A stretch of DNA of 64,000 nucleotides from Mustelus asterias (taxonomy: Eukaryota): positions 12,090,001 through 12,154,000 of the forward strand of contig NC_135830.1 in the NCBI RefSeq assembly GCF_964213995.1. Reading direction: 5' to 3'. The notes under the pieces were generated by a model. The model was not told where the DNA came from. It searched no databases and saw only the letters and a program-made list of their open reading frames with translations. Below, in pieces: positions 1-10,873 of this stretch; within the stretch, counting starts at the first letter, position 1; each line of letters begins with the position of its first letter. The position numbers and the translations under genes are program-made.

Positions 1-339
1 GGGTGTGGTTAAATGGAATATATCAATCTGGTATCCACCTACATTCTTGAGAAAGTCTGGGTTGTGTAGATGGGATGAATAAGTTGATCACTTTCTCTTG
101 GAAATACTTACATCCTTGTCCATGAACTTTGTTTTAAAGAAATCCACATTTAAAAGTCCGGCCACTACATGAAATATCAGCACCAGAACAGCAGGAGATA
201 AGAAAGACAGACACTCTGATCTTTTCATCAGCACATCTGAGAGTCAAGAATGTGTGACATGATTTTGGGATACGGGTGAGAGTGTGCAGATATGAATAGT
301 TACATGTGAAAAATAGCAAGCCTAAATTCATGGTGCATT

Positions 340-2172
340 GGAGCGAAGAGCGGGTCCCAGTGGTCCCCAACATCTCAGATGCCAGTCTCCAGCCAAGTCG
401 ATTCACTCCACATGATATCAAGAAACAGTTGGAGGCACTGGATATTGCTAAGGCAATGGGCCCTGATAACATTCCAGACTTGTGCTCCACAACTTGCCGG
501 TTCCATAGCCAAGCTCTTCCAGTACAATTGCAACACTGGCATCTACCCGGCAATGTGGAAAATTGCCCTGAACACAAAAAGCAGGACAAATCCAACCCAG
601 CCAAATACCGCCCAATCAGTCGACTCTTGATCATCAGTAAAGTGATGGAAGGGGTCATCAACAGCGCTATCAAGCAGCACCTGCTCAGCAATAACCTGCT
701 CAGTAACACCCAGTTTGGGTTTCACCAGGGTCACTCAGCTCCCGACCTCATTACAGCCTTGGTTCAAACATGGACAAAAGAGCTGAATCCCAGAGGTGAG
801 GTGAGAGTGAAAGCCCTTGACATCAAGGCCACATTTGACCGAGTGCAGCATCAAGGAACCTGAGCCAAACTGGAATCAATGGGTATCAGGAGGCAAATTC
901 CGCTGGGTGGAATCATACCTGGTACATAGGAAGATGGTTGTGGTTTTGGAGTGTCAGTCATCTCAGCTCCAGGACATCTCTGCATGAGTCCCTCAGGGTC
1001 GTGTCCTTGGCCCAACCATTTCAGCTGCATCATCAATGACCTTTCATCCATCATAAGGTTAGAAGTGGGGATGTTCGCCGATGGTTGCACAATGTTCACT
1101 ATTCATGACCCCTCAGACACCGAAGCTGTCCATGTTCAAATTCAACATGATCTGGACAACATTCAGGCTTGGGCTGACAAGGGGCAAGTAACATTTAATG
1201 GCAGGCAATGACCATCACCAACAAGAGCCAATCTAACCACCGCTCCTTGACATTCAATGGTGTAACCATCACTGAATCTCCCACTGTCAACATCCTTGGG
1301 GTTACCATTGACCAGAAACTCAACTGGACTCACCACATTAACACAGTGGCTGCAAGAGCAGGTCAGAGGCGAGGAATACTGCGGAGAGTAACTCACCTCC
1401 TGACTCTGCAGAGCCTATCCACCATCTACAAGGCACAAGTCAGGAGTGTGATGGAATATTCCCCACTTTTAAAGTTTTAAAGTTTATTTATTCGTCACAA
1501 GTAAGGCTTACATTAACACTGCAACGAAGTTACTGTGAAATTCCCCTAATTGCCACAGTCCGGCGCCTGTTTGGGTCAATGCACCTAACCAGCACGTCTT
1601 TCAGAATGTGGGAGGAAACTGGAGCACCCGGAGGAAACCCACGCAGACACGGGGAGAATGTGCAAACTCCATACAGACAGTGACCCAAGCCGGGAATCGA
1701 ACCCAGGCCCTGGCGCTGTGAGGCAGCGGTGTGAACCACTGCACCATCGTGCAGCCCATAGATTGACACCACATCTACAAACATCCACTCCCTCCACCAC
1801 CGCACTCAGTAGCAGCAGTGTGTACTATCTGCACTGCAGCAATTCACCAAAGATCCTCAGACAGCACCTTCCAAACCCATGACCACTTCCATCTAGAAGG
1901 ACAAGGCAGCAGATACATGGGAACACCACCACCTGCAAGTTCCCCTCCAAGCCATTCACCATCCTGACTTGGAAATATATCGCTGTTCCTTCGCCATCAC
2001 TGGGTCAAAATCCTGGTATTCCCTCCCTAGCGGCATTGTGGGTCAACCCACAGCACATGGACTGCAGCGATTCAAGAGGCAGCTCACCACCACCTTCTCA
2101 AGGGCAACTAGGGATGGGCAATAAATGCCGGCCAGCCAGTGACGCTCATGTCCCACGAATGAATAAAAAAAA
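340..2172 (+). mobile_element. 5'-truncated, decayed L2/CR1-group LINE (RT region plus 3' UTR), interrupted by a SINE at ~1467-1757
   Basis: Frameshifted RT motifs in ORFs 306..863, 951..1211 and 1208..1480 (YRPISRL, QFGFHQGHSAPD, ALDIKATFDRV, CIINDL, MFADG, LGVTIDQKLNW). 3' UTR ends GGGATGGGCAATAAATGC...GAATGAATAAAAAAAA. Confidence 0.8.
1467..1757 (-). mobile_element. tRNA-derived V-SINE with an alternative 3' tail (...TTAATGTAAGCCTTACTTGTGAC..AATAAATAAACTTT)
   Basis: tRNA head with B-box GGTTCGATTCC and V-domain core GGAGTTTGCACATTCTCCCCGTGTCTGCGTGGGTTTCCTCCGGGTGCTCC. The tail differs from the HE1-type copies; tail fragments recur at ~12780, ~15740, ~49290 and ~49765. Confidence 0.8.
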
Positions 2173-2683
2173 GATGAGTAGTTAGTCCTGGGAATGGTTC
2201 AGTGAAGGGTTCCCTGCTATTCGAAACCCCAGGAAGGTGCCGTCCGTGCTTCTCAGAGGCAGTGACTGTTTCTCTGTCAGCCCCAGGATTTCACATTGTC
2301 GTCCACTTCTCTTGGATCGATCACTGACTTGAAAGTGTGGAGTTGGTAGAGTTTCATTGATGAGTAAACTTGACCCGATCAGTTTCTAAAAGTTGCATGT
2401 AATCAATAAACTTTGATACAATTGACTGATTTGGTGTCTGAGTCTTTGCTTGATGGTTATATCTCTGCCAAATTCAAACCCTTTAAAAGGACAATTTGGG
2501 TTCCAGAATTGAGCAGTGTACAGCCAAATTGGAACAATGTAACAGATCAAAAATAAACATTTTTTAAACTGATAATGTCTTTGTAACAATCAGCAGCCCC
2601 AGCCTTTCCTGAGGGTTAAATGCTCTCAGTTCTGGGATTATTCTTGTGACTTTTTTTGCCCCTTCTCCAGTGCCTTTATTTCT

Positions 2684-2960
2684 ACAGTGGTTTGCACTGC
2701 TGCCTCACAAATCCAGGGAGACGTGTTTGATTCTGGCCTTGGGTGACTGTTTGTGTGAAGTTTGCACATTTTCCCTGCAGGTGCTCCGGTTTCCACCCAC
2801 AGTCCAACGATGTGCAGGTTAGATAGATTAGCTATGGCAAATATGCGGGGTTCGAGGCTCGGGTGGAATAGACCTGGCTGGGATGAACTTTTGGAGAGTC
2901 AGTACAGACTCAATTGGGCTGAATGGCCTCCTTCCGCACTGGAGGGATTCTATGATTCTA
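2684..2960 (+). mobile_element. Degenerate HE1-like V-SINE
   Basis: CAGTGGTTTGCACTGCTGCCTCAC head, partial V core, CR1-type tail GGGCTGAATGGCCTCCTT...TTCTATGATTCTA. Confidence 0.7.
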
Positions 2961-3488
2961 AATGGAGATCACAACTGTTGACAGTATTCCCAGTGTCGTA
3001 TAATCACGCTTCTAATCAAGTCGAACATAACCTCCCTGCTGTTCGATTCTATCCCTCGAGAATGGAACTCTATATGTGGGCCTCAGACTTGAGGGAAGAT
3101 GTGAAGTTCTTAGAGAGGATGCAGAGGAGATTTGCGAGAATGGCACCTCACATCCTTAAAAAGTACCTGGACCAGCACTTGGCAAGTCAGAACATTTAAG
3201 ATGATGGGCCAGGTGCTGGTAAATAGGATTAGGTGGGAAGTCAGGCGTTTCTTGCATGTCGGTGCAGACTCGATGGGCTGAAGGGCCTTTTCTGCACTGT
3301 ACAATTCTATGATGAGGCAATTCAGTTAGTTGGAGAGACTGGAGCAGCTGAAATTTCTCTCTTTAGATCAGTCAGACATCAGGGCTTGGAATGGGGCCAT
3401 TCGGGCCACTGATTCAATGCTGGCTCTCTGCAGAGCAAACCCTTACCCGTTCTATGGACATATCCATGCTCATGCTTCCTGTCCTGGA

Positions 3489-3859
3489 TGAGCAGAAACT
3501 GATAGCCAAGTTCCGCACACATGAGGACGGCCTCAACCGGGATCTTGGATTCCTGTCACACTATCTGTAACCCCCACAGCTTGTCTGGACTTGCAGAATC
3601 TCACTGGCTGTCCTGTCTTTAACCTGTGCTTAATGCTCCCTCCATTCACATTGTTTGTACCTTTAAGACTTGATTATCTGTAAAGACTGCATTCCAATCA
3701 TTATTCTGTAAATTGAGTTTGTGTCTCTGTATGCCCTGTTTGTGAGCATTTCTCCACTCCACCTGACGAAGTGGCAGCGCTCTGAAAGCTAGTGGTATTT
3801 GCTACCAAATAAACTTGTTGGACTTCAACCTGGTGTTGTTAAACTTCTTACTGTGTTTA
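3489..3859 (+). mobile_element. Penelope-like element (PLE) 3' fragment with 12-bp target-site duplication (TSD)
   Basis: Encodes EQKLIAKFRTHEDGLNRDLGFLSHYL*, typical of a PLE GIY-YIG endonuclease C-terminus. Flanked by TCCTGTCCTGGA at 3477-3488 and 3860-3871. Carries a hammerhead motif. Confidence 0.75.
3759..3795 (+). ncRNA. Minimal type I hammerhead ribozyme motif in PLE repeat
   Basis: CCAC-CTGACGA-AGTGGCAGCGCTCT-GAAA-GCTA-GTGG: CUGANGA and GAAA core, stem I CCAC/GTGG, CUA cleavage triplet. Stem II is imperfect in this copy. Confidence 0.65.
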
Positions 3860-3959
3860 TCCTGTCCTGGAAACAGAGAGCTGGAAATCTCCATGCAGGC
3901 TCCCAGACAGATATATGTCTATCTGACTGGACTAACAATGTGTGGAATGTACAGACTGG

Positions 3960-4390
3960 GGAACAATGGGTGGGGGCGGGGCTCCCGGGTCCGCGCGCCT
4001 GAACCCGGAGACGTCACCGCGGAGCAGAGTGATTGCTATTGGCTGATTCAGGCAGGGCTCCATTGTGCCGTCACAATGACTCAGAGGGGCGTTCCTAGCA
4101 CACAGTGTCCCATTGGCAGCAATGTCACTGGTTACAGAAGCAGCACACTGCGGATTGGACACCAGCTCAGCGCAGCAGGCGGTCAAAGCCCCGCCCACCC
4201 CCACGTGGGCCCCGGTTCCGCCCCTTATTGTCTACATGCGGCAGATTGACCAATGGGAACGTGTGGAGGACCGGATGGGCGCTGGTCCTCCAGCCAATCA
4301 GAGTCCGGGACTTGTGTGCATGGCCGTATGGAGCTTCCTCCATTGTTGCTCCTCTCTCTCTGGATGAAGATTGAGCTTAAAACAGACTAA
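3960..4390 (+). promoter_or_regulatory. CpG-rich promoter / exon 1 region of ZNF-A
   Basis: GC box GGGGCGGGG (~3972), CCAAT/ATTGG boxes (~4038, ~4250, ~4294), and a GACCAATGG...GGAGGACCGGA...TGGTCCTCCAGCCAATCAGAG module shared with the promoters at ~18477 and ~50387. Its 5' part is near-identical to the reverse complement of 34540-34665. Confidence 0.65.
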
Positions 4391-4982
4391 TATTGTACTG
4401 GAGCTACATTATATATTTCCAGTCATTCATCTCTTGCCTATTCGAGTCTTTGGATTTCTTCTCCACAGGGATCAGTGGAGGCTGAGGGTCATTGAATATA
4501 TTCCAGGGTGAGTTAGACTGATTTTTGATTGATAAAGGAGTCAAGCGCTTTGGGGAACAGGTGGAAAATGGAGAGAAAGATAAGATGTGGAGGGATTTCC
4601 TCACTCAAGGATGTGGTGACGTTTTGGAATTCTGCACCCCAGAGGACTGTGGAGCCTCAGTCATCAAGAATTTTCAAGCTGGAGATTGATAAATTTTGAG
4701 ATATTGAGGACATTGGGTGATCTGGGAGATAATGTGGGAAATGGCGCTGAGGTAGATCAGCCAATTCCCAATGAATGGTTGAGGCAATGGTTGGCCATTG
4801 GGCTGAATGGCCAACTGTTGCTTCTATTTCTTATGATTTCTATGTGCTGGAGTGGAAGCAGTGAGCATGGATCTGTCAATCAGCTTCAATCAGCACCTTG
4901 AGGAGAATTGGAAGGGGTGAATATTAGATACAGCAGAGTGAGAATGGAGGGAGAGTGTGTGGGATGGAGATTCACAGCTTTT

Positions 4983-5237
4983 AGAACATAGAAACATGGA
5001 AAAACTACAGCACAAAATAGGCCCTTCGGCCCCACAAGTTGTGCCGAACATATCCCTACCTTTTAGGCCTACCTGTAACCCTCCATCCTATTAAGTCCCA
5101 TGTACTCATCCAGGAGTCTCTTAAAAATCCCTATTGATTTTGCCTCCACCACCACTGACAGTAGCTGATTCCACTCGCCCACCACCCTCTGTGTGAAAAA
5201 CTTCCCCCTAACATTTCCCCTGTACCGACCCCCCAGC
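4983..5237 (-). mobile_element. CR1 LINE 3' end
   Basis: ORF2 C-terminus RGKFFTQRVVGEWNQL...KRLLDEYM, terminal GGGCCGAAGGGCC hairpin, (TTCTATG)-type tail. Confidence 0.85.
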
Positions 5238-5663
5238 AGGTATGGGGAATGAGAGAGGAAAGAATGTTCCATAGAAACTAGAATTTTCTGTTCTGAATTT
5301 CTATTCTGTTCTGACACTGATTACTCTTTAAAACTTGTTTTACAGGATATTGAAAGAGGAATCACGGGCAGAAATCTCAAAAGTCACATCGAGACATGAC
5401 AATCATATTCCTTGGGAGCTAAATATCATTGGCCTTTGAATCTAGAAGGAGAAATGATTGTACAGTCTGTCGATTTGAAAAGATTTCAAACATCACTGTG
5501 ACTGGAAAAGCACCAACACACCAACAGTGTTCCAGTGCACTGACTAAAGAGCTTTAACCAGTTACACAGCCTGAATAAATATCACACCATTCGCAGCTGG
5601 GAGAGACTGTACTTGTGTTCTGTGTGTGGACAAGGCTGCAACTGAGGCAAGGACACCTGCACC

Positions 5664-6506
5664 ATGGAGAAACCATGGAAATGTGTGGACTGTGGGAAGG
5701 GATATGGAGCACCATCTAAGCTGGAAATTCATCGGCGCAGCCATACTGGGGAGAAGCCATTCATCTGCTCTCAGTGTAAGAAGGGATTTAATCATTTATC
5801 CAGCCTACAGATGCACCAGCGAGTTCACACTGGGGAGAGGCCATTCACCTGCTCTCAGTGTGGGAAGGGATTCACTCAGTTATCCAACCTGCGGACACAC
5901 CAGCGAGTTCACAGTGGGGAGAAACCATTCACCTGCTCTCAGTGTGGGGAGGGATTTACTCAGTCATCCCACCTGCAGACACACCAGCGAGTTCACACTG
6001 GGGAGAGGCCATTCACCTGCTCCCAGTGTGGGCAGGAATTCACTCAGTCATCCAACCTGCAGTCACACCAGCGAGTTCACACTGGAGAGAGGCCATTCAC
6101 CTGCTCTCAGTGTGGGGAGGGATTCACTCAGTCGTCGCATCTGCGGACACACCAGCGAGTTCACACTGGGGAGAGACCATTCACCTGCTCCCAGTGTGGG
6201 CAGGAATTCACTCGGTCAGCCGACCTGCAGAGACACCAGCGAGTTCACACTGGGGAGAGGCCGTTCACCTGCTCTCAGTGTGGGAAGGGATTCACTCAGT
6301 CAGCCGACCTGCAGAGACACCAGCGAGTTCACACTGGAGAGAGGCCGTTCACCTGCTCTCAGTGTGGAAACGGATTCACTCAGTCAGCCGACCTGCGGAC
6401 ACACCAGCGAGTTCACACTGGGGAGAAACCATTCACCTGCTCTCAGTGTGGGAAGGGATTCACAGTTTCATCCCGGCTGCTGAGACACCAGCAAGTTCAC
6501 GAGTGA
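5664..6506 (+). CDS. ZNF-A: tandem C2H2 zinc-finger protein, 10 fingers, no effector domain (280 aa)
   Basis: Ten 28-aa CxxC...HxxxH repeats with TGE(R/K)PF linkers; start context ACCATGG; followed by a 3' UTR motif shared with paralogs. Confidence 0.9.
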   Translation: MEKPWKCVDCGKGYGAPSKLEIHRRSHTGEKPFICSQCKKGFNHLSSLQMHQRVHTGERPFTCSQCGKGFTQLSNLRTHQRVHSGEKPFTCSQCGEGFTQSSHLQTHQRVHTGERPFTCSQCGQEFTQSSNLQSHQRVHTGERPFTCSQCGEGFTQSSHLRTHQRVHTGERPFTCSQCGQEFTRSADLQRHQRVHTGERPFTCSQCGKGFTQSADLQRHQRVHTGERPFTCSQCGNGFTQSADLRTHQRVHTGEKPFTCSQCGKGFTVSSRLLRHQQVHE

Positions 6507-6740
6507 TTCCAGGGTTTGGATTCTGCTGTTATTGTTTCTGCTCTCAGTTGCATCCAGGATTGCATTTTGTTCATTCTCACAGTTGATCCATGGATTGGGT
6601 CAGAGGGTTTCTTTCTGCTGGACTGGCTGGTCACATGACTTTGCCTCCAGTGGGCTGATGCTCTTTGAGTCAAATGTCACAAGGATCTCAGAGTGACAGG
6701 GTGACAGAGTGACAGGGTGTTAAGAAGTTCAGAAATATTT

Positions 6741-7255
6741 AGTCAGCAGAAGACAGAGGGTAGCAGTGAAACAATGCGTTTCTGAATGGAGGGCTGTGAC
6801 TAGTGGCATCCCGCAGGGATCAGTGCTGGGACCTTTGCTGTTTGTAATATATATAAATGATTTGGAGGAAAATGTGGACGACACAAAGGTTGTTGGATTT
6901 GCGGATAGCGATGAGGACCATCAGAGGATACAGCAGGATATACATCAGTTGGGCGGAGAGATGGCAGATGGAGTTTAATCCGGATAAATGTGAGGTAATG
7001 CATGTTGGAAGGTCTAATACAGATAGGAAATATACAGTAAATGGCAGAACCCTGCAGGGTATTGATAGGCAGAGGGAACTGGGTGTACAGGTACACAGGT
7101 TACTGAAAGTGGCAACACAGTTGGAGAAGGTAGTGAAGAAGGCATATGGCATGCTTGCCTTCATCGGCTGGGGCATTGAATGTAAAAATTGGCAAATCAT
7201 GTTGCAGCTTTATAAAACCTTAATTAGGCCACACTTGGAATATAGTGCGGCATAA
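6741..7255 (+). mobile_element. CR1 LINE RT fragment
   Basis: [21 protein letters not shown] and [10 protein letters not shown] motifs. Faces an inverted copy of the same subfamily at 7275-8397. Confidence 0.85.
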
Positions 7256-7274
7256 TTATATAGTGCAGCATGAA

Positions 7275-8397
7275 CTCTGTCCATGCCTCTCATAATCTTG
7301 TAAACTTCTATCAGGTCACCCCTCAACTCCGCTGTTCCAGTGAGAACAACCCACGTTTCTCCAACCTCTCCTCATAGCTAATGCCCTCCATACCAGGCAA
7401 CATCCTGGTAAATCTTTTCTGTACCCTCTCCAAAGCCTCCATATCCTTCTGGTAGTGTGGTGACCAGAATTGAACACAAGTGCAGCCTAACTAAGCTTCT
7501 ATAAAGCTGCAACATGACTTGCCAATTTTTAAACTCAATGCCCCGGCCGATGAAGGCAAGCATGCCGTATGCCTTCTTGACTACCTTCTCCACCTGCATT
7601 GCCACTTTCAGTGACCTGTGTACCTGTACACCCAGGTCCCTTGACCTATTTTAAGGGTTCTGCCATTTACTGTACATTTCCTTTTTGGATTAGACCTTCC
7701 AAAATGCATTATCTCACATTTGTCCGGATTAAACTCCATCTGCCACCTCTCCGCCCAAGTCTCCAACTGATCTATATCCTGCTGTATCCTCTGATGGTCC
7801 TCATCGCTATCTGGAAATCCACTAACCTTTGTGTCATCTGCAAACTTACTAATCAATCCAGTTACATTTTCCTCCAAATCATTTATATATATATATATAA
7901 CAAACAGCAAAGGTCCCAGCACTGATCCCTGAGGGACGCCACTTGTCACAGTCCTCCATTCAGAAATGCACCCTTCCACTGCTACCCTCTGTCTTTGACC
8001 GAGCAGTTTTGTATCCACGTAGCCAGCTCACCTCTGATCCCATGCAACTTTACCTTCTGCACCAGTCTGCCATGAGGGACCTTGTCAAAGGCTTTACTGA
8101 AGTCCATGCAGACAACATCCACTGCTCTATCCTCATCAATCATCTTCGTCACTTCCTCGAAAAACTCGATCAAGTTAGTGAGACACGACCTCCCCTTCAC
8201 AAAACCATGTTGACTCTCACTAATACGTCCACTTATTTCCAAGTGGGAATAAATGCTGTCTTGAAGAATCCTCTCCAGTAATTTCCCGACCACTGATGTA
8301 AGGCTCACCGGCCTGTAATTACCTGGATTATTCTTGCCACCCTTCTTAAACAAAGGAACAAAATTGGCTACTCTCCAATCCTCTGGGACCTCCCCTG
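7275..8397 (-). mobile_element. CR1 LINE RT fragment (frameshifted)
   Basis: [55 protein letters not shown]. Confidence 0.9.
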
Positions 8398-8597
8398 AGA
8401 CTGATCGCCAAGTTCCGCACACATGAGGACGGCCTCAACTGGGATCTTGGGTTCATGTCACACTATCTGTAACCCCTACGACTTGCCTGGGCTTGCAAAA
8501 TCTCACTAACTGTCCTGTCTGGAGACAATACACATCTCTTTAACCTGTGCTTAGCCCTCTCTCCACTCACAGTGTCTGTATCTTTAAGACTTGATTA
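8398..8597 (+). mobile_element. PLE fragment (GIY-YIG C-terminus plus UTR)
   Basis: Near-identical to ~3499-3676 (LIAKFRTHEDGLNWDLGFMSHYL*). Confidence 0.7.
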
Positions 8598-9003
8598 GAT
8601 CCTCTCAAAATACCTTCCAACAACTTACCCACTACAGATGTGAGGCTCACTGGCCTGTAGTTCCCAGGCTTTTCTCTGCAGCCCTTTTTAAACAAAGGCA
8701 CAACATTTTCCACCCTCCAACCTCCAGGCACCTCACCTGTGATTATCGATGATTGAAATATCTCTGCTCGGGGACCCACAATTTTCTCCCTCGTCTCCCA
8801 AAGTGTCCTGGGATACACTTCATCAGATCCCAGGGATTTATCTACCTTGATGCACTTTAAAATTTCCAGCACCTCCTTCTCTGTGATATGTACACTCCTC
8901 AGGACGTCACTATTTATTTCCCCGAGTTCCCGAAACATCCATGCTTTTCTCAACAGTAAACACTGATGAGAAATATTCATTTAGGATCTCACCCATCTCT
9001 TGT
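8598..9003 (-). mobile_element. CR1 LINE ORF2 fragment
   Basis: ORF 8567..8980: KVDKSLGSDEVYPRTL...VVPLFKKG...NYRPVSLTSVVGK. Confidence 0.85.
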
Positions 9004-9616
9004 TTTATGTGGATGTTTGTAAATGTGTTTTATCATTGTTTTGGGCTACATTTGCTAAGGTTTATCTTTCTGGGGAATTAACCTTACCTTGAGTATTTAA
9101 TTAAAGGCATTCCTGAAAGTTTAAAAACAGAACCACAAGAACGCTTAAGGAATTAATTTTGGTTATTGTTGTTGTAAAGCACATGCTAAGATTCTCTGCT
9201 TGTGTATGTATGATATTTGTGTGTTGAACGCTTCAAGCTTTGAGGTTTTGTGTCTGTGATTTAAATCAAATGGACTTTAAAATGGAAGTGTGATTAATAA
9301 AACTTTTTTTTCAAAAGTTATGAACCTGGACCCATATTTACTGGCCAGGGATATGTTTCCAGGACATTTTACTGAACATGTGGGAATGTTAATCCGGATA
9401 AATTCACACATGTGAGAATGAGAGTTTTAATTTGTAATAGTTATTTAAAATTTGGGACATATGAAATGATTCTGACCAATCCTGTGTTGGATTGATCTTG
9501 GGTTAAACCTCCTGTCAGGTCCAAAGATTTATTCCTGATGCAATTAACACAATGAAAAGGAAATTGGATACTGAAGGAAAGATTTTAAAAGGAGAGATTA
9601 TAAATAGGAATAGATA

Positions 9617-10250
9617 TATCGCAAGGGGGATAGAATATAAAAGCAGGGATGTCTTGCTGCATCTGTACAGGGCATTGGTGAGGCCGCAGCTGGAATACTG
9701 TGTGCAGTATTGGTCCCCTTATTTGCGGAAGGATATATTGGCCTTGGAGGGAGTGCAGAGAAGGTTCACCAGGTTGATACCAGAGATGAAGGGTGTTGAT
9801 TATGAGGAGAGACTGAGCAGATTGGGTTTGTATTCGTTGGAATTTGGAAGGCTGAGGGGAGATGTTATAGAGACCTATAAGATAATGAAGGGGCTGGATA
9901 GGGTAGAGATGGAGAGATTCTTTCCACTTAGAAAGGAAACTAGAACCAGAGGGCACAGCCTCAAAATAAAGGGGGGTCAGTTTAGGACAGAGTAGAGGAG
10001 GAAATTCTTCTTTCAGAGGGTGGTGAATCTCTGGAATTCTCTGCCCACTGAAGTGGTGGAGGCTACCTCGTTGAATATGTTTAAATCACGGATAGATGGA
10101 TTCCTGATCGGTAAGGGAATCAGGGGTTATAGGGATCAGGCGGGTAAGTGGAACTGATCCACTTCAGATCAGCCATGATCTTATTGAATGGCGGGGCAGG
10201 CTCGAGGGGCTAGATGGCCTACTCCTGCTCCTATTTCTTATGTTCTTATG
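9617..10250 (+). mobile_element. CR1 LINE 3' end
   Basis: LYRALVRPQLEYCVQYWSP...RLRGDVIETYKI...TRGHSLK, 3' UTR hairpin, (TTCTTATG)2 tail. Confidence 0.9.
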
Positions 10251-10611
10251 AAATGATTCCCAGACTGTGTGGTTGTTCGATTAAAACAAAGGAAGGGCAC
10301 CAATATCCATTTGAGAACTTTTAATCCACCCTTTTCAAACTAAGAGAGTCGATGTACAAAGAAAGGCCAGGGATGGTAGATAAGGGGGTCTGGAAAACAT
10401 CATGATGGGGGCACCTATCTGTTCATGAGATCATCACAAAGCCCCATGATGCCCAGATACTAATTGATTGGACCTATATATAATGTATGTAATCTATAAC
10501 CATTCTGATTGGATTGTGTCCAGCTGGGATGAGCTGAGTAACTGTATAAGAATTGATGATTTTCCTTGTGGGGTGGAGTTGTACATGGTCAGCCCCTGTG
10601 GCTTCTCCCCA

Positions 10612-10873
10612 TAGTAAGAGTTTTAACAACACCAGGTTAAAGTCCAACAGGTTTATTTGGTCGCCAATGCCATTAGCTTTCAGAGCGCTGCTCCTTCGTC
10701 AGATGGAGTGGATATCTGCTCTCAAACAGGGCACAGACACAAAATCAAGTTACAGAATACTGATCAGAATGCGAATCTCTACAGCCAACCAGGTCTTAAA
10801 GATACAGACAATGTGAGTGGAGAGAGCATTAAGCACAGGTTAAAGAGATGTGTACTGTCTCCAGACAGGCATA
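10612..10873 (-). mobile_element. PLE repeat fragment with 10-bp TSD
   Basis: Homologous to ~3610-3850. Flanked by CTTCTCCCCA at 10602-10611 and 10874-10883. Confidence 0.7.
10670..10706 (-). ncRNA. Minimal type I hammerhead ribozyme motif (best-preserved copy)
   Basis: Minus strand reads CCAT-CTGACGA-A-GGAGC-AGC-GCTCT-GAAA-GCTA-ATGG: intact core, stem II GGAGC/GCTCT, stem I CCAT/ATGG. Confidence 0.75.

Noticed and set aside
4867-4916. Conserved MDLSISLNQHLQENW peptide from exon 2 as a KRAB-like domain
   Set aside because: No KRAB resemblance, stopped early in ZNF-C, and closes soon after splicing in G. Nucleotide conservation alone explains it.
5626-6586. Long alternative-frame ORFs over ZNF genes (also at 14613, 33412, 33519, 46552)
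   Set aside because: Shadow frames of the 84-bp finger repeat; no independent coding evidence.
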